Assembly (NCBI GenBank): GCA_043228905.1 | Contig: JBHGNT010000014.1 | Coordinates: forward strand, 11,594,001-11,658,000 | Source of the DNA: Azolla caroliniana | Lineage: Eukaryota > Plantae > Polypodiophyta | Reading direction: 5' to 3' | DNA: 64,000 bases | In this document: piece by piece, positions 47,461-62,132 of the stretch | Numbering within the stretch: the stretch's first letter is position 1 | How the letters are laid out: the number at the start of each line of letters is the position of its first letter | Notes under the pieces: model-generated | What the model saw: only the letters and a program-made list of their open reading frames with translations | What the model was told of the DNA's origin: nothing | The model's database searches: none | Translations under genes and position numbers: made by a program

Positions 47461-49069
47461 TGTTGCTTAGACTAACGGATATGTAACAATTGGAAGTTCA
47501 CTTTTGTAAAGTAGTAAGAAAATGAAGAACACTTCATTAGGATTGAAGGCTATTTTAAATATGGAGAGGATACTACAAAAAGGTTTAATATGAGAAAAAG
47601 GTGTACTAGAAAGAGATGTTGTATTACCAATAGTGTGATTGATATATATGTCAAATGTGGCTTGTTTGATAAGCTTCACATATTGAATCAGTCATATATT
47701 AATCTCTTCCTTGTTAAAATATGTTGTGATGTGAGAAATTATTGAGCATTTGAAATGGACTTCTTGGAGTGGAGTACTCATGATGATTGTTAATGAAATC
47801 TTATAAAGTTTAAATAGAGAATAGCTATCAAACCAAATAATGAACTCTTGAGTCTTTATTAGTAAAAGAATCCTTACCACTTTAGTAAACCCTAAACCTT
47901 AGGTTCAACACAAAATTTGGTTTAGGTTTGTAGTTTCCCATGTTTGTCTCTATCCCTTCTTGAAATTTAGACATGCAAGAATCAATAACTAGTTGCTAGA
48001 ATCCCATGGCATCACCAAGTCTCTCCTATCATGATATTCCCTTCCCTTAATTCAAGTCGAATCACGTCCCTTAAGTCCTTCAAATTTCCATTTATCTTTT
48101 CTATGAGTGCAGGCCTACAACTACAAACTTGTGATGTAAAAAATGAACACATTTAATAATTAAGGTGTTGAATTCAATATCACTATTAGTGCCCCTTAAA
48201 TGTAAATGAAGTGTAACATAACTACATACCCTAAAACCAAATGCCAAAACGCTAAAAAAGAAAGAAGTTGAAGAAGTAAACCCAAAATTGACCAATAAGC
48301 AAAGTGAACCCTCTTCTCACTAAGATGGTTTGTTCATCCTTGTTCCTTTCCTAACCTTTGAGTCGGGTAACTGGTTAGGCAAACAAAAATAAGATTTTTC
48401 GATGGCGCATTTGTTTTTATCCAGATTGCACACATACTCAATTAAGCAACCTGCACAGTTCGTGGTTGTGACTCTTTATGATTTAGGTGCAAATAGACAC
48501 AAGCCACTACATACACACACATAACACGTAGATACATACACACATGCCATACATCTAAGATTTACAACACATACATAAATAAACATGGAATACAATAAAA
48601 TATATACATGTATGAATATGAACATACATACACACACGCATAATACATACATACGTACATACATACAATCCATTCATAAAAAATATACAACATATGCAAT
48701 ACAATACAATACATATATACACATATGTATAAAATATATGTGTGTCTTCTATGTAAGGACAATTAAAATGAGTTGTTGTCATAATATATATATATATATA
48801 TGTTAAAAATATTAATATAATGGTTAAGGATTTGACATGTCTATAACAAGGTTTTGGGTTCAAATCCTTTTGAGGCATGATGTAAGTGTCATCATGACAC
48901 CTAGCTTTTTACTTCTTGCTCAATTTATAGTTGATACAAAGGTACCCATTTGGGTTGGCTTAGATACATGCATGTTAAAAGGGTGGCACAAAGGAACACA
49001 TGTACACCACAACATGAAGGCATGCACTTGCACCAAAGGGACACCACAATATATTTCCCTTTTTATCAT

Positions 49070-49108
<39 letters not shown>

Positions 49109-51831
49109 CTATCTTGTGATTTTCTCACATTCTCTCTCTCCTCTTTGTCTTGAAATCTTGACATTAAGTTGTTTATCATCATATAATTAACCTCTATTTT
49201 CCTAGTTCATTGTCCTAACCTTCTTATGATCTAGCCTTTTACACACATGATCTAACTTGGTCCGTCATGGCATAATCATCCTCTAGTTTGCTACAACATT
49301 GTATTTGGTAACCTTGGGTATTGTGCATCTCCTATCATTTTTTGCATACATAATCTAACTTGTTTCTCTTATGTATATAGTTAAGCCTCAAGTAGAATTT
49401 TATCTTTGTTGCTTACATGGTCTACATCTAAGACATAAAATATATCATTTATAAGGATATAACCCCCCTCCCCTCCCAAGCATTAACACTTGGTATTGAG
49501 CACTAGCACCGACCTACAAGTACACCCTTTGTCAACTACTAACTAGTAAGTACACCTAATCCCTTGTGTCATGAGTTATGGTTGAATCCTGGAAGCATAA
49601 GGCCTTTTCTCATGGAATCCAATTGTCAAATGGGTAAAATTTATGTCGTTGCTCTTGAAATGGTCTCCCAATGTGTCGATTTGGCAATCATCATTGTGTT
49701 GTTTGTTAATGACTTCTACGTTAGGACAACTTGGGAGCACTATTTCCCCATATTCGACCGACATCTCACTGTTTAGTCATCTTAGTACATTGTGCCAAGG
49801 TTGTGGGTTTAGTTTTAACATTTGTTTGAGTGTAAGCTCAACTTCTTTAGATAGTATGTGATTAAAATTATGGTTGGGAATTGTGAGGACTCCCATATCA
49901 TGTTACACTTCTCTCATGGGATACTATCACTTTAAGTGAAAGGATTTGTTGTAAGAGTGCCATGTTAACTTGGTTTGGGGTGCATTTGTGTATGCCCAAA
50001 GTTTGGTGGCAAGGGTACATTCCTCTTCAAGTAATATTGTGTGGGATAGTGGCCCAATTTTCAAGTTGGCTGAAGTTTAAGCTTGGTAGGTTGGGTGCGG
50101 GTTGTTTAGCTTCTTCTTGTTGACGTAGCTTGATGTACTCCTCAACATGGTTTTTTAGGATGGGTTTTGGGTAAGTTGTGAAATGTGCGAATAATTCCTT
50201 TGTTGGGTCCTTGGTATGTACTTGCGCTATGTCATCTTCCTTAGAAGTGGGTGGGAGAAGAGGAGAGGCCATTTGAGATGATTTGGTCAATTGAGTCTTC
50301 CTCAACTTCCTTTTAATGGCTATGTAGTTCACATCCTTTGCTCTTGTTCTTGTAAATTGTTAGCTATTCATTAAGCAAGCATGATCACATTGGCCCATAT
50401 TTTCTAGGGTACGACAAACAACAAGTTTGTGCTAATTCTCTTTTCTTTTCTGGGCAGTTGGGCACCAAATGCTCTCTTCCGCTATCACGAAGTTACACAT
50501 GTGAATGTAAAATTTGAGCAGGACCATGGGGGACTTGAACCGGAGAGGATGGGTTTACCAGATATATGTCTCTAAACTTGAAAGCTCCTTATAGTCGAAG
50601 GCTCATCAGAGTTAAACACTCTTCAAAGTCAAATGCTCTTCAAAGTCAAGGGCTTCTTAAGGTTGAAAGTTGTTCATACTCGAAGCATATTTTTTGCCCG
50701 CTTTCACCAACATTTGTGAGATCTCGAGCTTAGAATTTTGGGCCGAAAATCCCGATACTACTATCCTCATGGTGATGCCTTCATACTAGATACCCAAACA
50801 AGGATTTACACAAGCAAGAAAAATATATATTGTTTCTAACCGTTTCTTTTCCTTCTTCGTTGAGTGAGAACAATTGGTTGATAAGGTTCCATTTATTCCT
50901 TGTTTGAGCCAATTATTAAGAAGTCTTTGATGATATATTCAAAATCAGTCTACAAGTCCTCTATGAGCATTCAAACTAAATGCTCTCATGTTTGTCAAGT
51001 GTGAGCCCAAATGTTGCCACTTTCATGGCCTCAATGATTGGCTCGTATGCTCAAATGATTTGCTTGAATAGTTCCACATGGTCATAGACATCCTCATAAG
51101 TGCGGAAACAGGGTACCAATTTCAAAATGGAAGTAGTGTTAACTCTTATTAACTAAGCTTTGTGTTTTCAGTCTCTCTAATTTCATCTTGTCTTATGACG
51201 TTCTTTTCTAGCTTTTCTCTAACTTCCAATCTTTTATATATGTTTAGTCTAACTCATTTCCTTAGGTGCGCTCCTCAAATCATGATAACACTTCAGTTGG
51301 AGTCTCAAACTCAAACCATTAAAATTGAATCATTAAAGAGATCCTCAAACCAATATTGTTCAAAACTAAACCATTTGAATTCTTTAAATCGCCTATACCA
51401 TTGAAACAAGCAAAACAGTTTAGCAAACCATGAAAGAGAGGTGTTAGGGTTTATGATTCTTACATGAATTTACATAAGAAGAATGATTGGAGAAGCTCTT
51501 CAAGACTCGAAAACAAACACATGCCTCATGGCTTAGCTTAAGCTCTTTAAATCGCAGTTTTGAAGCTCGATAAACCCATGGTTGGTTGAACCCAATACAA
51601 TTTCAAGCCAAACCATCTCTCAGTTTTGAAACCGAAACCAAATTGTCTAAGCCTTTAATATCAAGTTCCATGATTTGGGTTTTGGCTCAATAGCTAATTA
51701 TGTACATGCATAGAACGTAATATTCGTGTTCGTGCAAGCATTCCAACGTATGGAAACGAACACGTTTGAAATGGGAAAAATACATGCTCCTTTTTTTTTC
51801 CCACTTATTGTCATTACAATTTAGCACTGTA

Positions 51832-51977
51832 GTGGTTGAGGAACAGTCTATATACATGGATCCCCTCTCCCCTCCCCCCCCCATTCATACGGAAGATATA
51901 TATATATATATATTGTGGGTGGTTGAGGAACAGTCTATATACATGGATCCCTCCCCCCCCCCCCCCCCCCATTCATT
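51832..51977 (+). repeat. Near-tandem duplication (period ~88 bp) just upstream of the FLCY start codon
   Basis: gtggttgaggaacagtctatatacatggatccc...cattcat occurs twice. Confidence 0.85.
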
Positions 51978-52009
51978 CAGTTCAAATCTACACCCAATCA
52001 TTGAGGTAC

Positions 52010-55000
52010 ATGGCCACTTCTGTTACTACGAATCGGCTTCTTCCGCTTCTTCTATGCCTTCTCTGCACCTTAATACATCTAATCTCTGCTTCAACCAAGA
52101 AGGTATGCATAGTGGGAGGTGGCATATCAGGCTCTGCAACTGCCCATTTCCTAAGAACTTATTCAACGGAAGAAACAAAGAGCTTCATAGAAATCGAGAT
52201 ATTTGAGAAAGAATCCATGGTTGGGGGGAGAATGAGCTCCATAGAATTAAGCGAAGGAGAGTTTTTTGAGTCTGGAGGTACTATTCTTCATCCGAAGAAC
52301 TATCATACTCTTCGTTTTACTGAGCTACTCGGGCTTAAGCGTCTGAAGATCACAGATGAGGGTAATTTTGGTATATGGAATGGTTCCTCATTCATCTTTG
52401 TGACACAACCGGATGGAACTTCTTTTTTCTCCAAGAAATGGAGTAATTTTGTCAATTCACTCTCATTTCTATGGCGCTACAAGCTTAGCCTCTTTCGCAT
52501 GAACAATTATGTCTCTGTAAGTTCAATTCTTTCTTCTCCGATGTATCTATGCTCAATCATCCTTAACCTGTTCTCATTTTGGGTTAAAAATCATTGTTTT
52601 ATTAGGATAAATCAAGATCATAGTAATCACTCATGACACGTGATGCATTCATTGTAAAGTTCTATTCCTTTGCCTGCGAGCTACTGGGACCAAGTGTTTC
52701 TGTTCATCGTTAATAATATGTATGCTCGTATCAATATAGCAAGACGTCGTAGACATTTTCCAATACTATTTCCACATGCAGATTAGGATCTAAACATTAT
52801 CAGCTTCCTGTAGGAGAAATGGAGCATATTTTTTTAGATCTGCTAGGGTAAACATGAGGGAAAGTTAGTTCTTTCCCCACATGGAAAACTTTATAAAACC
52901 CAGAAACATCGCAATAACGGAAACCCACAACATATGGGAGCACATCCAATACCCTTATCATTGATAGCATGCATCATTTCAACAACAGAAACCCATAATT
53001 ATCACATGGGATTACAGACATCACCCTTATCATCATTTCAATAATGGAACCTGACAAATATTGTATCAGATGTCAGCATGCATAGTGACCATATGTGAAG
53101 GAAGAAAGAACAATGAACAATGATATTATTTGAACCTTGTGTTACTAGTTTGAAGCATATCCATAGCAGAATCAATAGAGTAAGATTGACCATATGTGAA
53201 GGAAGAAAGACCGATGGACTGATGTTATTTGAACCTCTTGTTATTAGTTCAAAGCATACGTGTGAAATTTGAGATCCATAGCAGAATCATTAGAGTAAGA
53301 GTGCCACATTTGCTGCACTATGTTTTGATGGAACATGTATAGTAACTAGTATAAAAGGCTTCTGTAGCCTAGAAATATAAAAAAACAAATATTTAGTGGA
53401 AATTGGGTATAAGTATTTGGCTCCCTTGTATTATGCTAAAAAATGTACATGTGATGTCTCTGTAAAAAGACAAAGATGCAATCCATATTGAATCAGGGGG
53501 GGCTCCACACATTCATTTCACTATAGTTTCATGGTGTTCCTATGAAAGATAGTTAGAGTTCTTGCCAATATCAATTGTTAGACATTTGCACTTTGTGATA
53601 GGCATAATTTTGTGATTGGCCTTTGCAAGCTGAGGATTTCTGTTACATTAACGTCACCCAAATTCCCAGAAGTATTTTTCCTACCCTTTTTGTTATAGTA
53701 GTTGATATAGAATAATCTCGATAGTGCAAAAATGTGTTTGCACTAGAAAATAACTATTAGATTCTTTTTTTCATACTATGCCAATTGTGAATCTTATATC
53801 CTAATCATTGTAACTGGACGTTTTGCAATAGAAACCATAATTCAAAGGTTTTGATGAACATACCTCATTTTAGTTGATCCTCTTAAACATTTTCTCTTAT
53901 TGTTTCTTCATTTCTTTAGTGTGGTGTTTCCCATAGCCCTGGCCCCTTACTACCTTATGTTGAATTTGGTTTTACATTTGGTGCAACATATGTAACATAA
54001 TATGTAAAATATGAGCCTCCACATTTTTGCATGCCATGATACATTGGTGTTGCAAAAAAATCTCATGCAATGAGGAATCATTAGATGCATTGTGAACCAA
54101 ATATGATGCAACCCATTTTCCAAATTATTTCTTCATATATTGCATCCATCTAGAACTTGAAATTTTGCTTGTATTTGTATGTCTTTCAAGTCTTTTTACT
54201 TGCATCCCATGTGATCCTAGGAAGTTGATGTGAGGTTTTGTTTTTAACCTTAAGCATGTGCCTAACAACCCTTTCCATGCCATGATCTCAATGTGAAGTG
54301 ATTAGGTCTCAAGAAATAGGAGCATGTATAACGTCTATAGCTTGATGTGAAGAAACTTTATACAACAACATTTTTGGACATTTTTAAACTTTTTCCAAGC
54401 AAACTTAGGGGTGGTATTGCCTCGTACGTCAATCCCATAGAGAAACATAGTATAATCATAGTGTTGAGGTCTTTCTTGAGAACCCAAACATTTGCTTTCC
54501 CACCATTGCATATCATCTCCAAAGCATAGAAGTTCTCTTTCCCGCTTCTAAGTGGGGGGTAGAACATTCATTCCATCTATGATTGAAGGGAACCTCAAGT
54601 CCAAGTTATTTGAAGCTTTCCACAATTTCAAGTGGCTCATTATCGGGCATGATGCATGATCTATTGTTATTTTGATTCCTCACAAACATAACCTTTGGTT
54701 TGAAGCTCATGTCACTCTACTTACTATGCATCTAAAAGTTTTCCAATACATTGATAAGCTTTTTGGGCATCTTCTAAAGAATTTGCAAAAAGCATTGGAT
54801 CATTTGCATATTACAAAAGCTCCCAATGGTCGTTTCTTCAATGCCTTCTTGCTTTACAAATTCGTTGACCATTTAAACCAATTCATCAATTCATGAACCA
54901 AAGAAAGTTGGTGAGAGTGGGTATCCTTGGTTAACACCAATAGTGCTAGTGAAAAGTTTTGAAATTACACTATCCCATTACATGTGGATATCACCTTCTC

Positions 55001-58000
55001 ATAGATTCAAGCATATATTGACTTGGTACATGAGTTCTACCATGCATTTCGAAAGATGGTGTTGGTGCCCAAAGCTTTCGTGAAGTTTACAAAGAAACGA
55101 TATGATGCTTCACCTTTCAAACAACTATCTGCCATTAGCACTTGAAGAAATGAGTGAGAGAGAGAGAGATGCAATGACAGATTATCCTATCTTCAAACAG
55201 TCAAATTGACCTATGAGACTAAGCATTACATCCGTGTGAATATCGTAGAAGATAAGTAAAGAAAGTTGTGATGGTTCTTTGTTGAAGAGCTTTTGTTGTT
55301 GTGTTGTCATCATTCAGCAACGTCTCTTTATTCTGATCAGTGACCAGAACCCAATGGATTTTGGAGCTCCTAAATTAAAGGCACTAGAGATTAGCACTTA
55401 TATCATCAATAATGCTGGCTGAGCTAAACATGGACATAATCATTGTTGGTATCCTGAAATGCAAGAGGGATTTCAATCACATGGTGTAAGTATAAATGAA
55501 CTCCTCCATTCCAATATAGCTTGGATTGTCTGCTGAAATGCAAGAGTGATTTCAATCACATAGCATAACTACAAATGAACTACCACCATTCCAATATAGC
55601 TTGGATTGTCTAAATCTGAACAGGAACGAAGCGGAAAAGAATTGAGTTATCTGAACAGATAGGAACATGGATCAGCCCTACAATGGCTCTTGGTAGGAAG
55701 ATGGTCTGCGATATGGTTATCTGTTTCCACGTCACAGGATAGATTTCTCATAAAGCCTTGTTATATGGATACACATCTATCTCATGTGACCCTTAGTGTC
55801 ATGGGGCAGCTTAAGACCTCTACACATTAGTTAGAGATTGAGGTAGGTAGAACCCACGCATCATGTGATCAATGTGTGCAATCAAAGGAATACTATGTTT
55901 GTGATGATTTTGTTTTCTATGAGTAAAGTGGGAGATACCACCATCTCTTCAATTAAGGCTTTGGCCCATCAGTGTGTGGAATCAAAGGAACACCATGTTT
56001 ACCATGATATCATCTCTTCAAATAAGGCGTTGGCCACTTACCCAAGCATGTGGAATATGAAGACCAACTACGCATAGGACTGTTGTTAGAACTCGATGGG
56101 CATAGAGAGAAGTGGTTGAAAGACAATAATACAACCACAACAGCTCATGAACAAAGAACCGTCACGACTTTCTTTAGCTCCTCCATTCAACAACTTTCTT
56201 TAATGATATCATTTCGAATCATTCTATTAATTTACACTCTGGTCATTTCAAATTATTTTGGAATGAGGCTAGCATATTTATATTTATGCCATGTAGTTGG
56301 AACCATTCTTGCATTCTAGCATACCCACAATCATTGTCTTCATGTTCTGCCAGCTGTTTTGATGATAAAAGTGCCAATCTTGAGTGTCTTTGATTTTGGA
56401 GCTCTCAAATCCATCTGGATTATATTGTGGGGCACCAAAGATTTTTCCCTTGGCAGGCAATCATCAAGACTAAAAATCTCTCTACTTATGTCCCCTGGTT
56501 TCTATCCTGTAGAAAACACTCATTGTTAAAAGTGTGTCAAACAACCATAATTCTGTTTGTGGTTCTTGGAACTGTATAAGTTCATGTTGTCTTTCAAGGC
56601 CGCCAAGGGTGCCGTATCCACGAGAAAGTTTAGTACAAGCAGCCATCCTTATGGAACCCAGGCCTTCTGAATGTTATTTCTAGATATGTGTAGGATTGTG
56701 TATATGCAATGTTACTTCTAGTATGTGTAGGATTGTGTGTACGCTACCTTTTCCTCTCTCAATAAGAACATCAGTTCTGTTCTTGGTAACCCCTGTTTGA
56801 TTGGTGCTAAATACCAGTATGTCAGTTCTATCAAGGTTTACCAACAAATTGAGAGAGGTTTCTTTGTTGTTTAGGTTTTGTCTTATTTCATCTTTTTCCT
56901 CATGTGTTCCTCATGGACAAGTATTGCATAACAGGTACTTGAATATCAAATGACGTGATAATAATCGAAATGAACGTAGCACTTATTTCATGATCAAATA
57001 AATGGTAAACCAAACTACACAACTAAGGAGATATACATACCTAAGTGTAAATAAATAACTACTTGCAGATGTTGTTTCGACCTCCTATGAGTTTTGAAAA
57101 AATTGTATCTGTTTCTTCCATTTTCTTTGTTTTCTGTAGTAGTTTTGTTAGCTCAGACTCTTCGCATGTGATTAGAATGATAGCATGTGTTCTAATGGGA
57201 TTCTTTCCTCACAGAACAAGATTGAATTTACTCACCCACACACATTGTATTAAAGTTTGATACCGTCATCTCTCATGAGGCAGAATGCAAAGATTCAATT
57301 GTTGTATGCTTTCATGAAAAAAGCCTGTTAGTATTTAGATAATCCTAAAGCTTTTCATTTTACGGTCACTTTCAGGAAACACTTCAGAAATTCTTGCGGT
57401 ACTATGATGAGAATAAACCAGTGTTTTATACTGTAGAAGAGATGCTGAAATGGGCAGGCCTTTATGAATTGACACAGACTACAGCATTAAAAAGTCTTCT
57501 TGATCATGGATTGTCTCAACAACTTATCAACGAACTGATTACGGTGAGTTTTTTCAAATTCCGAAAATTCCTTTTGCATATTTATTTTCTTTGGTAGTAT
57601 CAGACCCAAGGGAGTCTTATGGACTTATTGATTGAATAACAAGTGCATTGTGTTTCAGGTTGTTGTACGAGTAAATTATGGCCAGAGCATGAGTATAAGT
57701 GGCATGGCAGGTGCTGTTGCTCTTTGTGGATCAGGTGCTGAATTTTGGGCAGTGGAAGGGGGGAACTGGAAGATTGCACATGGATTAATCCAACATTCAA
57801 ATACGTCACTTACTCTGAGCGATGAAGTTCGTTCTATAGTAGCTAGTGATGCTGGTGGATATGAGCTCAGTACCATTTCAGGGAAGAGTACCTTTTGTGA
57901 TGCTGTTGTTTTGGCTACTCCATTAGATGAAAATCACATAGATTTCTGGCCACCTATATTCATTCCGGAGAGGCATAGCCAGCATACGTATACTACCTTT

Positions 58001-59149
58001 GTTCGGGGCATCATAAACCCGGTAAGTTTTCAGCTGATTCTCTTTGAAATCCAGCATAGTCGTTAAAATTCTCACCATATAGATGTGTATTTAAAGGCCA
58101 TGAGCCACGTCCCACTAACTTAAATGCAGTGTTTTTAAATCTATCAAAACACTGGCTCATACCTATTTTTATGGCTCATATCTATTTTAACGGCATGGGG
58201 ATACTCGAATTTAAAAGCATTTCATAATTTTCTTTCATAATACGATTAGTCTTTGTGGGACATGGCTCTAAGGTGATTATCCATTAGATTGTTCTAATAA
58301 GAATGATAAGTTTGTGTTAGAACATCTGTTCTACTAAGAAGTTTTGTGGCAGCCTCAAAAATGTCGATAGTCGGCTGTTTTTTGTGAATTCAGAGTTATT
58401 TCGGACTGTCTTCAGTGGCAAGTGTACCAACCTTTATAGGCACTATGGAAATATCGACAGTGCCCTTCTCATCTATAAATATTCTAAAAAGTTATGGGAA
58501 CTATGACATGGCATATAAAATCTTTTCACGCGCTCCATTGTCCGACAATCTGCTGGATGAACTATTCAGGTTGGAATTCATAATATCATCATTCTGTATC
58601 AAAATCTTTTTTATGGCTTTAAGCATCCGAATTTGAGTACTACAATCCTCACCAGAAGTCTCAGGCATATTTCTCACTGTGAATTCCCCCATGGCGTTTT
58701 AGTGTCTAACCTTATGAGCTTCTCTAGGCAAGATGGAGCCTCGCATTCAGAAGCTCATAAAGTGTTGAACATTGTAACAAAACATATGGGGAAAGTACGT
58801 TTTTTCTCAAGAGGGAATAATGTCTAAAACGTCTATAAATGTGTCATCGGGTTCATATCATAATATATATTTTTACAATTGCAGTATCCGCAGTATTACA
58901 AAGCGTCTCGATTGGGCAGCATACCCACACTTCATGGCACCAGAGAAATTTGCTCCATTTGTGCTCGACGGGGAACATCTTTATTATGTTAATGCTTTTG
59001 AAAATGCTGCAAGCACAATAGAGACAGGGGCTGTGGCAGCGGAGAACGTTGCGCGTTTGTTGCTCTCACGCTTGTTTGAGAATGTTTTGGAAGAACTCAT
59101 AGAAAGGTCAACATCTACACCATTTGTGAAAGCTGATAATGATATCTGA
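52010..59149 (+). CDS. FLCY: Farnesylcysteine lyase / prenylcysteine oxidase, 5 exons: 52010-52516, 57376-57543, 57659-58021, 58394-58569, 58885-59149 (492 aa)
   Basis: Signal peptide, FAD motif VCIVGGGISG...EKESMVGGR, FESGGTILHPKN, RVNYGQS, WAVEGGN, WAAYP and YYVNAFENAASTIE. All introns are GT-AG, and the exons sum to 1479 bp in frame. Confidence 0.93.
53087..53300 (+). repeat. ~101-bp tandem duplication in FLCY intron 1
   Basis: gaccatatgtgaaggaagaaaga...tagagtaaga occurs twice; the second copy has a small insertion. Confidence 0.8.
55454..55611 (+). repeat. ~79-bp tandem duplication in FLCY intron 1
   Basis: ctgaaatgcaagag...agcttggattgtct occurs twice. Confidence 0.85.
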
Positions 59150-59729
59150 TTTAATAATAGTGTATGGCACAGCTCTTAAGCAATTTAGATGTATGTCATA
59201 CCAGTGAACTACGTGAATAATCGTCAGACATTTCCTTTCTGGAGGAGAGGGCTCATCGATATAAGGGTCGCAAGTGTCGACAATAGTAATGTTAAGAGTT
59301 TGATTTCTTTTGCAATTGAGCTTGATGAGAAACCAATGCAACCAGAGAGCTATATTGGGTATGGAAAATGCGCTTAGCCGTTTCTGCACAATAGCTAATG
59401 TGTTCCTGGTGATAGCTATGTAAAAAGATAAAATAGGCTGGTTCTGTTCAATACCTCTATTGAAATTGTATTGCACTTTTATTGCAAATGACATATCATA
59501 AGCATCTATGGTGGTTGATTACCTTGTAAGGTGATGTTAACAATGAATGTCTACCATTCATTGGATGTGATTCTTTTATCAATTTCATATGATGTTTTTC
59601 ACAAGTAGACAAGCATGGCTATTTAAATGTTCAACTATTTTGATCTAACACAAGGTAAGGTTACAATCTTGGTCTTTCGGATGTAGATGTGCAAGTGTTC
59701 CAATACATACTGTCCCAAACGGTTGTTAC

Positions 59730-59767
<38 letters not shown>

Positions 59768-61007
59768 GTGTGTGTATATATATGGATGCTAAATGGCATA
59801 TGTTCAGAATTACCTTATAAGACAAATATTAGTGCAATGACGTGTGCCTTAGCACAAAAGCTCTTGGATCATTGTCATGTATGTTAGTCACTTGAGCACA
59901 TATATTTGATAGTTGCAGTGATCGAATGTGTATGTCATACAAATTTGTCAACATTAGTACAGGTAATTAATAACAAAGGCAATGTATATTTATATAGATA
60001 GATACATATATAGATGTATAATTTTTATCATAAAACAAAATTAAATGATCTCCCAAGTGTGCCAGGAAACAAAACAGAAAAAAAGGAATAGCTTCCATAG
60101 AATCAACTAAGATAATAACAAAGGAGGCGTAGCGTGTTTGAAAATGGGAAGAAATAATGTCTCCAAGTGTGTGATGGATCCCATAACCTGGTACATTCCA
60201 AGCACAAGATGGAGGAGGAAATAGCTATTTTGCTTTTTCAAAAGGACAAAAACAGCAATGGCAGAAAAGCAAGCTCTCTCTCTCTCTCTCTGTGTTTGCC
60301 TACAGTTCAAAACCTGGGAAAATAATAGTGTAAATACATAGCAATGTATACTAACATTTATTTAATTATTTGAAAAAATATGAAAGTTGAGGAGGAAGAA
60401 GAAGAAGTGGATGTGTAGGCATGTATTATGTTGCTTTTCTCTTTCTTTTTTTTTAGTGTTATGCGATTTTTAGGTTTTGAGAGGGAAATAGAGAAGAAGC
60501 TCAGGAAAACAAAAAACAAAAAAGTTGTGATGAAGGAAGGGAAATGGCCAATGGGCATCATACAAATCTCACACACACACACATTCTCTCTCATAAAAAA
60601 CAGAGCACACTGAGCGTGTGACATAATCTCTCTCTCTCTCTATGATTCTCTCTCTAACTCTCTCTCTATGATTCTCTCTCTAATCCTCTCTCTCTCTCTC
60701 TCTCTCTCTAACTCTCGTCAGCAGCTCGTGTGTGTGCATGTGTTGTAGAAAAGTGGCAGCTTCAGCCATCATCATCATCATCTTCTCTATTCATGTGTTA
60801 ATTCTTCCTCTTCATGTCATCATCCCCTCACCTCACAACAGCAACAGTACCATTATCCTCTGCACAACTTTAGTGCTCTTTCTCTCTCTCTCTCTCTCTC
60901 TCAAAATCAATCAATCAATCAGAAATTCATGTGCTAATATTCTGCACATTGCTTTAATACCAAAAATCATCTAACTTCTCCTCCTCCTATGATCAATCCA
61001 TACATTT

Positions 61008-61012
<5 letters not shown>

Positions 61013-61055
<43 letters not shown>
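61013..61055. repeat. (CT)n microsatellite in the MYB upstream/5' UTR region
   Basis: Direct repeat; more CT runs at 60627-60709 and 60881-60902. Confidence 0.9.
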
Positions 61056-61059
<4 letters not shown>

Positions 61060-61479
61060 GTCTCTATATACATATATGTATGTACAGATCATTCTAATAT
61101 AGATTAGATAGAGGCTCTACTACAGCAGGCTCCAAGACCTGGTGCCATAAGTAAAATAGCTTACTTTAGCATTATGTATTGCCTTACTTAAACCACTCCT
61201 CTTATCCCTACTCCTACTACTACTGACTGACTACTATTGCTCTACTCCTACTCCTACTCCTACTAGTTTAGTAATAGGCACCCTTATCATTTCACTTTAG
61301 AGAGTGTGAGCTTCTTCTTAATTCTTTCATTATGAGCAAGTCAAGAAATCACCCAACCACAACTACTATTACTACTACAATTACAGCCATCTACTGCTAG
61401 TAGGAAAGCAAAAAAAAAAAAAAAAAGAAGCAAAATTATAAGGTTTAAGGAAGGTATTTGATTATATATAGTTGAGATT

Positions 61480-62132
61480 ATGGGTAGAGCTCCATGCTGT
61501 GAGAAGGAGAGTGTGAAGAGGGGTCCATGGACACCAGAAGAGGATGCCAAGCTCTTGTCGTGTGTGGCCCAGCATGGCACTGGAAGCTGGCGCACTGTCC
61601 CTAAAAAAGCAGGTAATTCATTCATTCACCAACATATATTACAGGTTGTTTTTTTTATTTTTTTACATTGGAAAAGAAAATCAATTCTTAAATTGTTAAG
61701 GGTCACATCATTATGATAACCTAATAACTCCAGCTGCTTGTTATTAATTAACCCCTATATTAACCTAATTAGGGTATACTTTACATATCTTAGTACCCAT
61801 AAACTGATCTTATAATCATCTTATTAACCCCAGCAGCTGCTTTTTTATTAAACCCTATTAACCTAATTACGGTGTTGGGATCGAAAAAAAAATTCCAATT
61901 AAGCTACGGGCATTGATTCGGTTTTTCACTGCAGATTTTGTTTTTGTGATTTTCCGGAGGGATGATTTATTTATTTTTGTCTTTACATATGTATTACTTT
62001 AGGGTTGCAAAGGTGTGGCAAGAGTTGCCGCCTGCGATGGACGAATTACTTGAGGCCTGATTTGAAACATGGGCGTTTCAGTGACCACGAGGAGCAGACC
62101 ATTGTTCGTCTCCATGCAGCTCTAGGGAGCAG
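61480..62132 (+). CDS. R2R3-MYB transcription factor, MYB80/MYB35-like; exon 1 61480-61612, exon 2 62003-62132, exon 3 beyond the window
   Basis: [22 protein letters not shown]...G|[30 protein letters not shown]. Canonical 133-bp and 130-bp exons with GT-AG introns. Confidence 0.93.

Noticed and set aside
47886-47903. AAACCCTAAACC telomere-like motif (AAACCCTAA also at ~45350, ~62752, ~63241)
   Set aside because: Single units, compatible with chance or isolated telo-boxes; no array.
50027-50332. 101-aa minus-strand ORF
   Set aside because: No recognisable family or splice structure; probably a TE remnant.
53480-55170. Possible decayed DNA transposase on the minus strand in FLCY intron 1
   Set aside because: Only faint motif resemblance; no TIR or TSD identified.
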